Positions 9,228 through 17,234 of a stretch of 64,000 nt of DNA are shown here, one piece after another. Under the pieces are notes generated by a model. It was given only the letters and a program-made list of their open reading frames with translations. It had not been told where the DNA came from and made no database searches. A program made the translations under genes and the position numbers. The DNA is from Alphaproteobacteria bacterium (GTDB taxonomy: Bacteria > Pseudomonadota > Alphaproteobacteria > Rs-D84). The stretch spans positions 132,931 through 196,930 of the forward strand of contig SUUM01000001.1 of the NCBI GenBank assembly GCA_015062525.1, read 5' to 3'. The first letter of the stretch is position 1. Each line of letters opens with the position of its first letter.

Positions 9228-9262
9228 TTTGCTATTTGCGCTTTGCTATTTGCTCATTGATA
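9228..9262 (+). repeat. Heptanucleotide array (WTTGCNC x5), intergenic copy
   Basis: The units are TTTGCTA TTTGCGC TTTGCTA TTTGCTC ATTGATA. Confidence 0.7.
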
Positions 9263-9286
9263 AAAAATCCCCCAAACGGGGGATTT
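9262..9286 (-). terminator. Terminator of the OMP gene
   Basis: The hairpin AATCCCCC-AAAC-GGGGGATT has a T-run on the minus strand. Confidence 0.65.
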
Positions 9287-9289
9287 TCT

Positions 9290-9904
9290 TTAGAACATAA
9301 ATCTGATACCGATATCACCACCAAAGTTATGCAACCCTGACTGGATATCAACATAGGTATAACGTGCTGCGACATCAACCGCAAAGCGTTCCATATCAAA
9401 CGTTACACCCAATGTTCCCATACCGGAAAAGCGTGTCTTGCTTTCACTTTGACGTGGAACCAAATCACCGCTGCGTTTAACATCTGTGAATGCCATACCT
9501 ACACCCAGACCTGCGAACGGACGTACAATTTTGTAATGTCCAAATTCCCAATAGTTGTTCCACAACAAAGTCTGCATTTTGGTTTCTACATCAATACCAC
9601 CGATGCCGGCACCAAAATTTTCACTATCTGACATTCTGCCAAAATAAGACCATTCGATTTCCGAACGGACGGTATCACAAACTTCTAAACCCAATGCTGC
9701 ACGACCCTGGAAAATATAATCAGTCATAGATTCCTTGTTGCCGTCATATTTATAGTTCAAGTTTGTATAACTCATACCACCACGCAGACCGATATAAGGG
9801 TCCATACCCCACATCTGCCAACTGCTGCCCTGGTCTGGATGATTCATCGCAAACGCCGGACACGCAATCAGCACAGCCAGTGTTGAAATTGCTAATTTTT
9901 TCAT
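9290..9904 (-). CDS. Small outer-membrane beta-barrel protein (OmpA-like/OMP_b-brl type)
   Basis: It has a signal peptide, alternating hydrophobic beta-strands and a C-terminal ...IGIRFMF. Confidence 0.65.
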   Translation of the reverse strand: MKKLAISTLAVLIACPAFAMNHPDQGSSWQMWGMDPYIGLRGGMSYTNLNYKYDGNKESMTDYIFQGRAALGLEVCDTVRSEIEWSYFGRMSDSENFGAGIGGIDVETKMQTLLWNNYWEFGHYKIVRPFAGLGVGMAFTDVKRSGDLVPRQSESKTRFSGMGTLGVTFDMERFAVDVAARYTYVDIQSGLHNFGGDIGIRFMF

Positions 9905-10011
9905 TTTTTCTCCTTTTTGTATTTTTTGTGTTTCAAAGTTTCATGTCAACACCCATATTCTATCAAGGGAATATAAATATTTACATAGGTATGAATCCCT
10001 TATTGGATCTA

Positions 10012-10039
10012 GAAAAAAAATCGACCACATTTGTGGTCG
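10012..10039 (-). terminator. Terminator (copy 1 of the duplicated CGACCAC..GTGGTCG hairpin)
   Basis: CGACCAC-ATTT-GTGGTCG is followed by T8 on the minus strand. Confidence 0.65.
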
Positions 10040-10047
10040 TTTATTTC

Positions 10048-10200
10048 TGGTGGACTTTGCTTGGGACTGTATATTCCCATGTTCGTTTTCACTCCATGGG
10101 CCCCTTTCACTACGTAAGACTCGAACGGCGCAAAGCTTGTTCTCGTCAACTGGCGTTCCGAACCCTTTTACGGGTTCTCGTCCGCTTGGTCCATACCATA
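10048..10200 (-). ncRNA. Unclassified tRNA-like segment: candidate small RNA or tRNA-derived relic
   Basis: It ends in GTCCACCA like tRNA-Lys and has a degraded T-arm-like 3' end, a GTTCGAGTC motif and the hairpin GAACCC-GTAAAA-GGGTTC. A tRNA-type terminator brackets it on each side. I could not draw a cloverleaf. Confidence 0.25.
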
Positions 10201-10223
10201 AAAAACGACCACGAATGTGGTCG
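10199..10223 (-). terminator. Terminator of tRNA-Lys (copy 2 of the duplicated hairpin)
   Basis: CGACCAC-GAAT-GTGGTCG is followed by T5 on the minus strand. Confidence 0.6.
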
Positions 10224-10231
10224 TTTATTTC

Positions 10232-10307
10232 TGGTGGACGCGCAGGGACTCGAACCCTGGACCCACTGATTAAGAGTCAGTTGCTCTACCAACTGAGCTA
10301 CGCATCC
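10232..10307 (-). tRNA. tRNA-Lys (anticodon CUU), CCA encoded
   Basis: The reverse complement is GGATGCGTAGCTCAGTTGGTAGAGCAACTGACTCTTAATCAGTGGGTCCAGGGTTCGAGTCCCTGCGCGTCCACCA. It folds as a canonical 76-nt cloverleaf. Confidence 0.93.
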
Positions 10308-10325
10308 AGAACTGCAACGGGGAAC

Positions 10326-10354
10326 ATTATAGACATAAAATCCACAAAATGCAA
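10326..10354 (-). promoter_or_regulatory. Sigma70-like promoter for tRNA-Lys
   Basis: The minus strand reads TTGCAT-N17-TATAAT, 18 nt upstream of the tRNA 5' end. Confidence 0.55.
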
Positions 10355-10362
10355 GCATTTGT

Positions 10363-11565
10363 TTATAATTCGCCACATCGCACCGTCATGCATTGCGGAC
10401 GCAATTCTATACGTTTAATTTCATCCACAGTCTGCGCACCCGCCAACCACATAACACGTTGCAAATCGGCCTGCAAATACTCAAACACAGATTCCACCCC
10501 GCGCCATCCACCCAATGCCAACCCATATATCACAGGTCGCCCAATGGCAACAACATCTGCGCCACTTGCAATTGCCTTGAAAATATGCTGACCACGTCTT
10601 ACACCGCTATCAAAAATAATCGGCACACGTTTATTCACACGCACCGCAATTTCCGGCAGAACTTCAAACGCGGCCGGTGACCCATCCAATTGTCGCCCAC
10701 CATGATTCGACACCCAAATCGCATCAGCCCCGGCGGCAATGGCAATTTCTGCATCATCTGGATGCTGGATTCCCTTTACAATCACGGGCAAATCCGTCAT
10801 TGATTTAACCCGCATAACGTCATACGGTGTTAAATCATTTTTCGCCTCAGCGAATATAGCCCCAATCCCCTTGCCACCTGAGCGTGGAACATTCGGCAAA
10901 TCCAACGGGAACCTGAAATCATTACGCGCATCACGAACACGATTTCCCCCAATTGGCGCATCCACGGTCAGTATTATCGCACGATACCCCAAATTTTCTG
11001 CGGACTTTATTAACGCCCGATTCGTTGCATCATCCTTGGTCAAATATAGTTGGAACCATTGTGGTGCACCATTACCCGCCCCCGCTATTTCCGCCAAAGT
11101 TGAACTGGCATAGGTACTAACACTCATAATGGTACCAGCCGCTGCAACACCACGCGCACTGCCGGCCTCGGCCGACACATGCGCAAGGCCATGCGCCGCC
11201 GCCGGCGCTGCAATTATTGGCATAGAAATATCAACCCCCAATATACGCGTTCGCGTATCAGGATTATCCACCCCCGTCATCACACGCGGATAAATATCAA
11301 CAGAATCAAATGCCGATTCGTTTCGTCGCAGTGTATTTTCCGTTTCCGCACCACCGCGAATATAATCAAATCCGCCAACGGGTATAATTTTTGCGACTTG
11401 CGCTTCTAAATCATCTATATCATAAATTGTAATTTTTTCATCACGCGTGGACGCCTGATATCCACTACCACTTGGCACAGTTTGTCGATGTGTGCGCCCC
11501 AGCAGCCATATAATCAACAGCACCACCAAAACAACAGATAAAATAAAAATCATTTTTTTTATCAC
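10363..11565 (-). CDS. FMN-dependent alpha-hydroxy-acid oxidase/dehydrogenase (lactate oxidase/LldD-like) with an N-terminal TM segment
   Basis: It shows the FMN_dh pattern (QLY...TVD...RxxD...VKGI...SNHGGRQLD...DSGVRRG). The N-terminus MIKKMIFILSVVLVVLLIIWLL is hydrophobic. Confidence 0.75.
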   Translation of the reverse strand: MIKKMIFILSVVLVVLLIIWLLGRTHRQTVPSGSGYQASTRDEKITIYDIDDLEAQVAKIIPVGGFDYIRGGAETENTLRRNESAFDSVDIYPRVMTGVDNPDTRTRILGVDISMPIIAAPAAAHGLAHVSAEAGSARGVAAAGTIMSVSTYASSTLAEIAGAGNGAPQWFQLYLTKDDATNRALIKSAENLGYRAIILTVDAPIGGNRVRDARNDFRFPLDLPNVPRSGGKGIGAIFAEAKNDLTPYDVMRVKSMTDLPVIVKGIQHPDDAEIAIAAGADAIWVSNHGGRQLDGSPAAFEVLPEIAVRVNKRVPIIFDSGVRRGQHIFKAIASGADVVAIGRPVIYGLALGGWRGVESVFEYLQADLQRVMWLAGAQTVDEIKRIELRPQCMTVRCGEL

Positions 11566-11632
11566 TTCTTCCCCCTTTTTATAAACAGAATATCAAAAGC
11601 AATAAAAAAATCTGATTTGACAGTATTCACAA

Positions 11633-11657
11633 TAAAAAACGCCACACATGTGGCGTT
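11633..11657 (-). terminator. Terminator after the nlpD-like gene
   Basis: The hairpin ACGCCACA-CA-TGTGGCGT has a T-run on the minus strand. Confidence 0.6.
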
Positions 11658-11659
11658 AA

Positions 11660-12850
11660 TTACTTTTTCAAATAACTTGTCGGATTATAAGCCTTGGTCC
11701 CCTTGCGAATTTCAAAGTGCAATTGTGGGCTATCCACCTTGCCTGTTTTACCAACAGTACCAATTTTTTGTCCAACGCTAACACGCGCACCACGTCGCAC
11801 AACCATAGAATCCATATGCGCATAAACCGTCATCCACCCCCCATCATGTTGAATGATAATCAGGTTTCCCATACCCTTAACCTCGTTCCCGGCATATGCA
11901 ACCACGCCATTTTCCGCGGCACCGACCACCGCCCCGCGCGTTGCACCAATATTTATACCATCATTAAACAACCCATTGTTTTTCGCACCATAATTTGACA
12001 ATATTTTCCCGCGCACAGGCCACGAAAACTTAGACGAAGAACGCGCATTAATTTTCGGCAATTTCTTGGACGGGTCAGACGAAATCTTTTTTTCAGACCG
12101 CTTTGTGACAACCTTAGCCTCGGACTTCTTCGCGTTCGCTTTTTTTTGTACGCTTTTGGGCTCTACGCTGGATTTCTTAGATTTTTCAACAACCTTGACC
12201 GTTGTTTTCCCCGTTGATTTCACCGCCACACGCGCCAGGTTTGGCACACGAATCTTTTGCCCAACCTTCAAAATAAATGGTGGTGTTAATTTATTCATAA
12301 CCGCCAAATCATTAACCGGCACAGAATATTTTCGCGACAAAGAATACAACGTATCTCCACTTGCCACCACAACCTCGGTCAAATCAACACGTGTTGTTTG
12401 TTGCACACCAACATTTGGCTTGCGAATGGTCAGCACATCATCTGTTTTAAATTCTGCGCGCCTTGCACCCGTGTCCCCATACATTGGCACCAAAATATAA
12501 TCATCAACCGTTACCACAGTCGCATCTTTCTGCGCGTCTTCTTCAATAATTTCCGCCCCCACATCAGGATTTATTATTTGTGGTGGAACAATATAATCAT
12601 CAACCGACGCATACATTACATAGTCATTTGTTGTATCTGTTCCATATAACTCTGGCGCGGCATACACGCCATAATCCGTTGCTGCTGAATTATAAATCTC
12701 GGGAAATTTATCTGGGTCCGCCAATAACGCTGGATAACGCGCTGAAATAAAATCCCCAACAGAATCGGGAAACGACACCACCTTGGGTTGCAAATCACAC
12801 CCAGTTTGTGTCAACAATATCCCTGCAAAAATCAACATGATTTTTTTCAT
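11660..12850 (-). CDS. nlpD: LysM-domain M23 metallopeptidase lipoprotein (NlpD-like)
   Basis: It has the lipobox TQTGC, a LysM domain (GDTLYSLSRKYSVPVNDLAVMN) and a C-terminal M23 domain (HDGGWMTVYAHM...LHFEIR). Confidence 0.85.
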   Translation of the reverse strand: MKKIMLIFAGILLTQTGCDLQPKVVSFPDSVGDFISARYPALLADPDKFPEIYNSAATDYGVYAAPELYGTDTTNDYVMYASVDDYIVPPQIINPDVGAEIIEEDAQKDATVVTVDDYILVPMYGDTGARRAEFKTDDVLTIRKPNVGVQQTTRVDLTEVVVASGDTLYSLSRKYSVPVNDLAVMNKLTPPFILKVGQKIRVPNLARVAVKSTGKTTVKVVEKSKKSSVEPKSVQKKANAKKSEAKVVTKRSEKKISSDPSKKLPKINARSSSKFSWPVRGKILSNYGAKNNGLFNDGINIGATRGAVVGAAENGVVAYAGNEVKGMGNLIIIQHDGGWMTVYAHMDSMVVRRGARVSVGQKIGTVGKTGKVDSPQLHFEIRKGTKAYNPTSYLKK

Positions 12851-12869
12851 GATACAATTATATCATAAA

Positions 12870-13577
12870 TCAGTCGCGACGCATAAATAAAATACTGACT
12901 TCAAACAAAGCCCACATTGGCAACGCCAACAAAACCTGACTTACCACATCAGGCGGCGTCAGAACAGCCGCCGCAATTATAATAAAAACAACCGCATATC
13001 GACGCATTTTCAGCACACGCGTCCGCCCCAGCACACCAATACGATTTAACAAAATCAATACCAACGGCAATTGGAATGCAATACCAAAGACTTTTAATAA
13101 ACCGATTGCAAACGTCAAATAATCACGCGCTGCGGGCAACAATACCGCCGGAACCGGCGCAGCCTTATTTAATTCCACAAAAAATTTAAATACAACCGGA
13201 AACAGAAAATAAAACGCAAAACCCGCCCCCAACAAAAACAAAACTGGTGACATAATTAAAATAGGCAATATAACGCTACTTTCATTTTGCTTTAACCCCG
13301 GCGCAACAAAAGCCCACACATGCCACAACACCACTGGTGCAATAACAACCAATGCAAATAACATCGCCAACGAAAACTGAATCATCAAACCATCGGTCAA
13401 CCCCGTATAAATCAATGCGCCATCACCCCAAACCGACAACAAAGGCCCGGTCAAAAATTCTTGTAATTCAGGCGCCACATACCACCCACATACAAACGCA
13501 CATACAAAAATTAACGCCACCCATAAAATGCGACGACGCAATTCAGAAAAATGTTGCAACAATGTCATCTGCTTCAT
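12870..13577 (-). CDS. tatC: Twin-arginine translocase subunit TatC
   Basis: It has six TM helices and a TatC-like N-terminus (HFSELRRRIL). Confidence 0.9.
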   Translation of the reverse strand: MKQMTLLQHFSELRRRILWVALIFVCAFVCGWYVAPELQEFLTGPLLSVWGDGALIYTGLTDGLMIQFSLAMLFALVVIAPVVLWHVWAFVAPGLKQNESSVILPILIMSPVLFLLGAGFAFYFLFPVVFKFFVELNKAAPVPAVLLPAARDYLTFAIGLLKVFGIAFQLPLVLILLNRIGVLGRTRVLKMRRYAVVFIIIAAAVLTPPDVVSQVLLALPMWALFEVSILFMRRD

Positions 13578-13864
13578 TTTTTTCGCGTCCCCCGACGATT
13601 CGTTTTCTTGGGTCTTTTTATTGCGGTCGAAATCGTATCAAGGACATCATTGGTCGTCCCTTGAATTAAATCATCAATTGGTTTTTCTAATTCTATCTGG
13701 GTTTTAAGATTTTCTGACGCATCTGTAATTTTCCAAATAATTCCGCGCACAAACTTAACCACCCGGGCCAAGAATCGCGCCACATCCGGCCAACGACGCG
13801 CCGGTATCACAATGACACCAACCAATACAATTACAAAAAATTCACCCCAACTAATCCCAAACAT
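13574..13864 (-). CDS. tatB: Twin-arginine translocase subunit TatB (TatA/B family)
   Basis: MFGISWGEFFVIVLVGVIVI has the conserved Glu and an amphipathic helix. The gene overlaps the tatC start by 4 nt. Confidence 0.7.
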   Translation of the reverse strand: MFGISWGEFFVIVLVGVIVIPARRWPDVARFLARVVKFVRGIIWKITDASENLKTQIELEKPIDDLIQGTTNDVLDTISTAIKRPKKTNRRGTRKK

Positions 13865-13871
13865 ATTTTAT

Positions 13872-14486
13872 TTAATCATAGTAATCATCACCACCGCTGG
13901 TACTGACAGTCTTGTGTCGTTGAATCTGGAAATAGTTTTTAGCAAAATTATTTTTTTCCTTTAACCCATGAAATGCGACATCTGTTTTCGCACCCGTCGC
14001 ATCAACGACCGACCAAGAATTTAATTTCACCGGTGACTTATCAAAAACCACCGTCATATACCCCAAACCTTCTTGCCCCCTCAGGTTCATTTTTAATGCA
14101 AAAGAATTTTTCCAATCTGTTGTTTCCACAACATTAATATCCGCATTTTTCAAATCGATATTCTTTCGCACCAATATCCCGGCGGGCGTACTGGTAATAG
14201 GCACAGTTGTAATCTGATCCAATGATTTGTCAAAGAAATATAAATCACTGCCATCCGCAATTAATTGCACCGGCATATCATCATAGTCCAAACGCACGCG
14301 CCCCGGACGCAACATAGCAAAATCACCATTTTGCTGTTTTCCATTTGCAGTCTGAACAAAAGTCCCCGCCAGACCCGTAATAGAATTCAGATACTTTTCG
14401 GCATTTTTCACCAACGCATCATCCACCGCTGCATTTGCATTTAATGAAATCAAAGCAGCAAACAATACAAATAACTTTTTCATCAT
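13872..14486 (-). CDS. lolA: Outer-membrane lipoprotein carrier LolA-like protein
   Basis: It has a signal peptide (MMKKLFVLFAALISLNANA) and a LolA-like core (FxQ...GDFAMLRPGRVRLDY...ADGSDLYFFD). I trimmed the start from the 14642 ORF start. Confidence 0.7.
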   Translation of the reverse strand: MMKKLFVLFAALISLNANAAVDDALVKNAEKYLNSITGLAGTFVQTANGKQQNGDFAMLRPGRVRLDYDDMPVQLIADGSDLYFFDKSLDQITTVPITSTPAGILVRKNIDLKNADINVVETTDWKNSFALKMNLRGQEGLGYMTVVFDKSPVKLNSWSVVDATGAKTDVAFHGLKEKNNFAKNYFQIQRHKTVSTSGGDDYYD

Positions 14487-14490
14487 TCCC

Positions 14491-15441
14491 CTATTCCCCC
14501 TTGAATAATTCCAAAACACGTGCACGCACATTTTCCAAGGTATCGCGCACAATTGCACCGGCGGCACGTTCATGTCCACCGCCACCCAACGCCACCGCAA
14601 TTTTATCAATCGGTTTTTTACGGCTGCGAATCGAGATACCAATTTGTTCGGGCTTTTGTTCCTTTAACAGAACAATATATTCAACACCTGAAATTTGCCC
14701 CAGCAAACTTAGCACCATTTCCCCACGTCCATCCAGATACTTATAATCCTTTTTAACAATGGTTGCCAATGCCAAACGTCCATGATAGAAAAATTCAGCA
14801 TTCGCCGCCGTACGTGCCTCTAACTGTACAGCCTTGCGCGGTTTATTATTCATCAATTCAATTAAACTACGAATATTTACCCCCGCATCAACCAGGTCCG
14901 CCATAATACGCAACGCATCACCATTACGTGCAAACTTAAAATTCCCAGTATCGGTTAAAATCGCCAACGCCAACAAATCTGCCGTACGCGCATCCATGGT
15001 CAATCCGCCCATACGCATAATCCGATATACAATCACAGCCGTTGCCGCCGCAGCATCATCATTTATACACAACTGCCCAATAGGATTTTCATTTTTATGA
15101 TGATCAATTTCGATAACAAACTTCGCATTATCAACCACGGGTCGCGGTCCCCCAATATGAACCGGATTTCCATAATCCATAACAATTGCTAAATCAAACT
15201 GTTCCGATAAATCCACGCGTTCAAAGTATTTAATCCGTGGTCGCAACGGAACATTTGACAAGTTTTCAGGAATATTACCATCATATAAACAAACAGGACT
15301 AATTCCAAAGTTTTCTTCAATCAAATGCGCCAACGCCAACACACTGCACAAAGAATCGCCATCAGGATTTTTATGTCCCATTATTGCAATTGACTTTGCC
15401 CCACGCACACGTTCAAAAAATTCTGTTATCTTTTGTTCCAT
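14491..15441 (-). CDS. nrnA: DHH/DHHA1 phosphoesterase (NrnA-like oligoribonuclease/pAp phosphatase)
   Basis: It has the motifs DGDS, IDHH and GGGGHERAAGA. Confidence 0.8.
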   Translation of the reverse strand: MEQKITEFFERVRGAKSIAIMGHKNPDGDSLCSVLALAHLIEENFGISPVCLYDGNIPENLSNVPLRPRIKYFERVDLSEQFDLAIVMDYGNPVHIGGPRPVVDNAKFVIEIDHHKNENPIGQLCINDDAAAATAVIVYRIMRMGGLTMDARTADLLALAILTDTGNFKFARNGDALRIMADLVDAGVNIRSLIELMNNKPRKAVQLEARTAANAEFFYHGRLALATIVKKDYKYLDGRGEMVLSLLGQISGVEYIVLLKEQKPEQIGISIRSRKKPIDKIAVALGGGGHERAAGAIVRDTLENVRARVLELFKGE

Positions 15442-15453
15442 AGTACCCTATCT

Positions 15454-17232
15454 TTATATCGCCACATCTTCTACAAAGAATTGTGCATTAACGCGACCAT
15501 TATATTCGTTTTCTTTTAACCTGCCCAGCAACATTATTTTAGTATTTACATTCACATCGTCCAGCAAAAAATCACCAACCGGTGTCCCCACCAAATTAAA
15601 TCCAACAAATGCCAATTGTGTACCCGCACTGGTGGAAATACTGCCACGCAAATGCGCCCCCCCACCCATCACAGATGCATACCGCAACACACCACCACGC
15701 AAAACCAATGTTGGTTCTGGATTACCCTGGCCAAACGGTGCCAATCCCGCCATTTTTTTAATCAAACGCATATTTGCCGCGCCCGCATCAATTTCAGCAT
15801 CTACAATCAATTCAGGCGATGGTTTTTCACCATTTAATTGTTCTTTGACTGCATTTTCCAAAAATTCACAGAACGCATTTTCATTTTCTTGCACCAATGA
15901 AAACCCCGCCGCTGCGGCATGACCACCACCTTCGCTGACAATACCCGCCGCCAACGCGTCATGAATAATTTTACCTAAATCAACCCCCGGAATTGAACGG
16001 CCAGAACCATTTATCACACCGTCTGATTTTGTTGCGACACACGACGGCAAATTATATTTATCCTTTAATCGTCCGGCAATAATCCCCATAACACCGCCGT
16101 GCCAATGGTCGCCACATACAAATAAACTGACACGCCCTGCGGCACAATATTCTTCGGCCATTTCACATGCCCGCAACATAATCGCATTTTGAATATCAAT
16201 GCGTTCCTGGTTCATCAGATGCAATTTATTCGCCAAATCATTTGCAATCAGGGGATTATCCGTCAACAACAAATCCAGCGCAGGCGCCGCCGAATCAAGA
16301 CGCCCCGCCGCATTCAATCGTGGCCCCAACGCAAACCCCGCCGCATATACGGACGGCTGTCTAATACCAGCAACATCCATCAACACACGCAACCCCAGAT
16401 TCTGGCGCAATCCCAAAACTTTTAGTCCCGTTGCAACAAACGCGCGATTAAGTCCAATCAATGGCATAGTATCGCAAATCGTCCCCAATGCCACCAAATC
16501 CATAAAGTTCATCAATTCTGAATTATCAAGTCCCAACCCAAGACTTTTCAATTCGCGGTTCAGCGCAACCAAAGTCAAAAACGCAACACCAACCCCCGCC
16601 AGATATGTAAGACCCGACGTATCATCCACGCGTTTTGGGTTCACAACCGCATCGGCATCTGGCAATACATTATCGGGCGAATGATGATCCGTCACAACAA
16701 CACGCAAACCACGCGCGCGGGCGTGTGCAACCTCGCCCACACCACTTATACCACAATCAACGGTAACCAACAACCGGGCACCATTGTTTGCGATTTCATC
16801 TATCGCTTCGTTATTCAGCCCATACCCTTCGCCCTCGCGCGTGGGCAGGTGCCAAATAACATCCGCGTTTATCGCACGCAGATATTTCACAAAAATCGCG
16901 GTGGACGTAATCCCATCAACATCATAGTCACCATAAATTGCAATTTTTTCACGTCTTTGCACAGCATCTGCAATTATACGCGCGGCCACGTCCACATCCG
17001 TCAAAACGGATGGATTTGGCATATATTCCTTGATTGATGGATTAAGGAACCTTTTTACCTCAGCTTCATCAGAAATACCCCGCCCGGCCAAAATTTTTTT
17101 GACCAGGTCGTCTGAATTTACATTATCTATACCATCTGCCAACACCCATGCTTTACCCAGCATGGATTTCTCTACTATTCTACTACTCAACGCACTTCTC
17201 TTTTTTTTATTATCAAGTGCATTATAATTCAA
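15454..17232 (-). CDS. recJ: Single-stranded-DNA-specific exonuclease RecJ
   Basis: It has the motifs DYDVDGITS, TDHH and GGGHAAAAGF, and is 592 aa. Confidence 0.92.
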   Translation of the reverse strand: MNYNALDNKKKRSALSSRIVEKSMLGKAWVLADGIDNVNSDDLVKKILAGRGISDEAEVKRFLNPSIKEYMPNPSVLTDVDVAARIIADAVQRREKIAIYGDYDVDGITSTAIFVKYLRAINADVIWHLPTREGEGYGLNNEAIDEIANNGARLLVTVDCGISGVGEVAHARARGLRVVVTDHHSPDNVLPDADAVVNPKRVDDTSGLTYLAGVGVAFLTLVALNRELKSLGLGLDNSELMNFMDLVALGTICDTMPLIGLNRAFVATGLKVLGLRQNLGLRVLMDVAGIRQPSVYAAGFALGPRLNAAGRLDSAAPALDLLLTDNPLIANDLANKLHLMNQERIDIQNAIMLRACEMAEEYCAAGRVSLFVCGDHWHGGVMGIIAGRLKDKYNLPSCVATKSDGVINGSGRSIPGVDLGKIIHDALAAGIVSEGGGHAAAAGFSLVQENENAFCEFLENAVKEQLNGEKPSPELIVDAEIDAGAANMRLIKKMAGLAPFGQGNPEPTLVLRGGVLRYASVMGGGAHLRGSISTSAGTQLAFVGFNLVGTPVGDFLLDDVNVNTKIMLLGRLKENEYNGRVNAQFFVEDVAI

Positions 17233-17234
17233 AT

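Noticed and set aside
10048-10200. The idea that the tRNA-like segment is tmRNA (one-piece or permuted), SRP/4.5S RNA or 6S RNA.
   Set aside because: It is too short for tmRNA, has no tag ORF, and forms only about 4 bp of acceptor pairing with no G3:U70. In permuted alphaproteobacterial ssrA the CCA end is internal, not directly followed by a terminator. There is no SRP domain IV motif (GGAA tetraloop with AGCAGCC context). The length and shape do not fit 6S RNA.
9763-10418. Plus-strand ORFs of 168 and 122 aa over the tRNA-Lys region.
   Set aside because: They overlap a canonical tRNA, two terminators and the OMP gene start. They are best explained as chance ORFs.
14487-14642. The N-terminal extension of the lolA-like ORF.
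   Set aside because: The extension overlaps the 3' end of the DHH phosphoesterase gene. An internal start at 14486 gives a canonical signal peptide.
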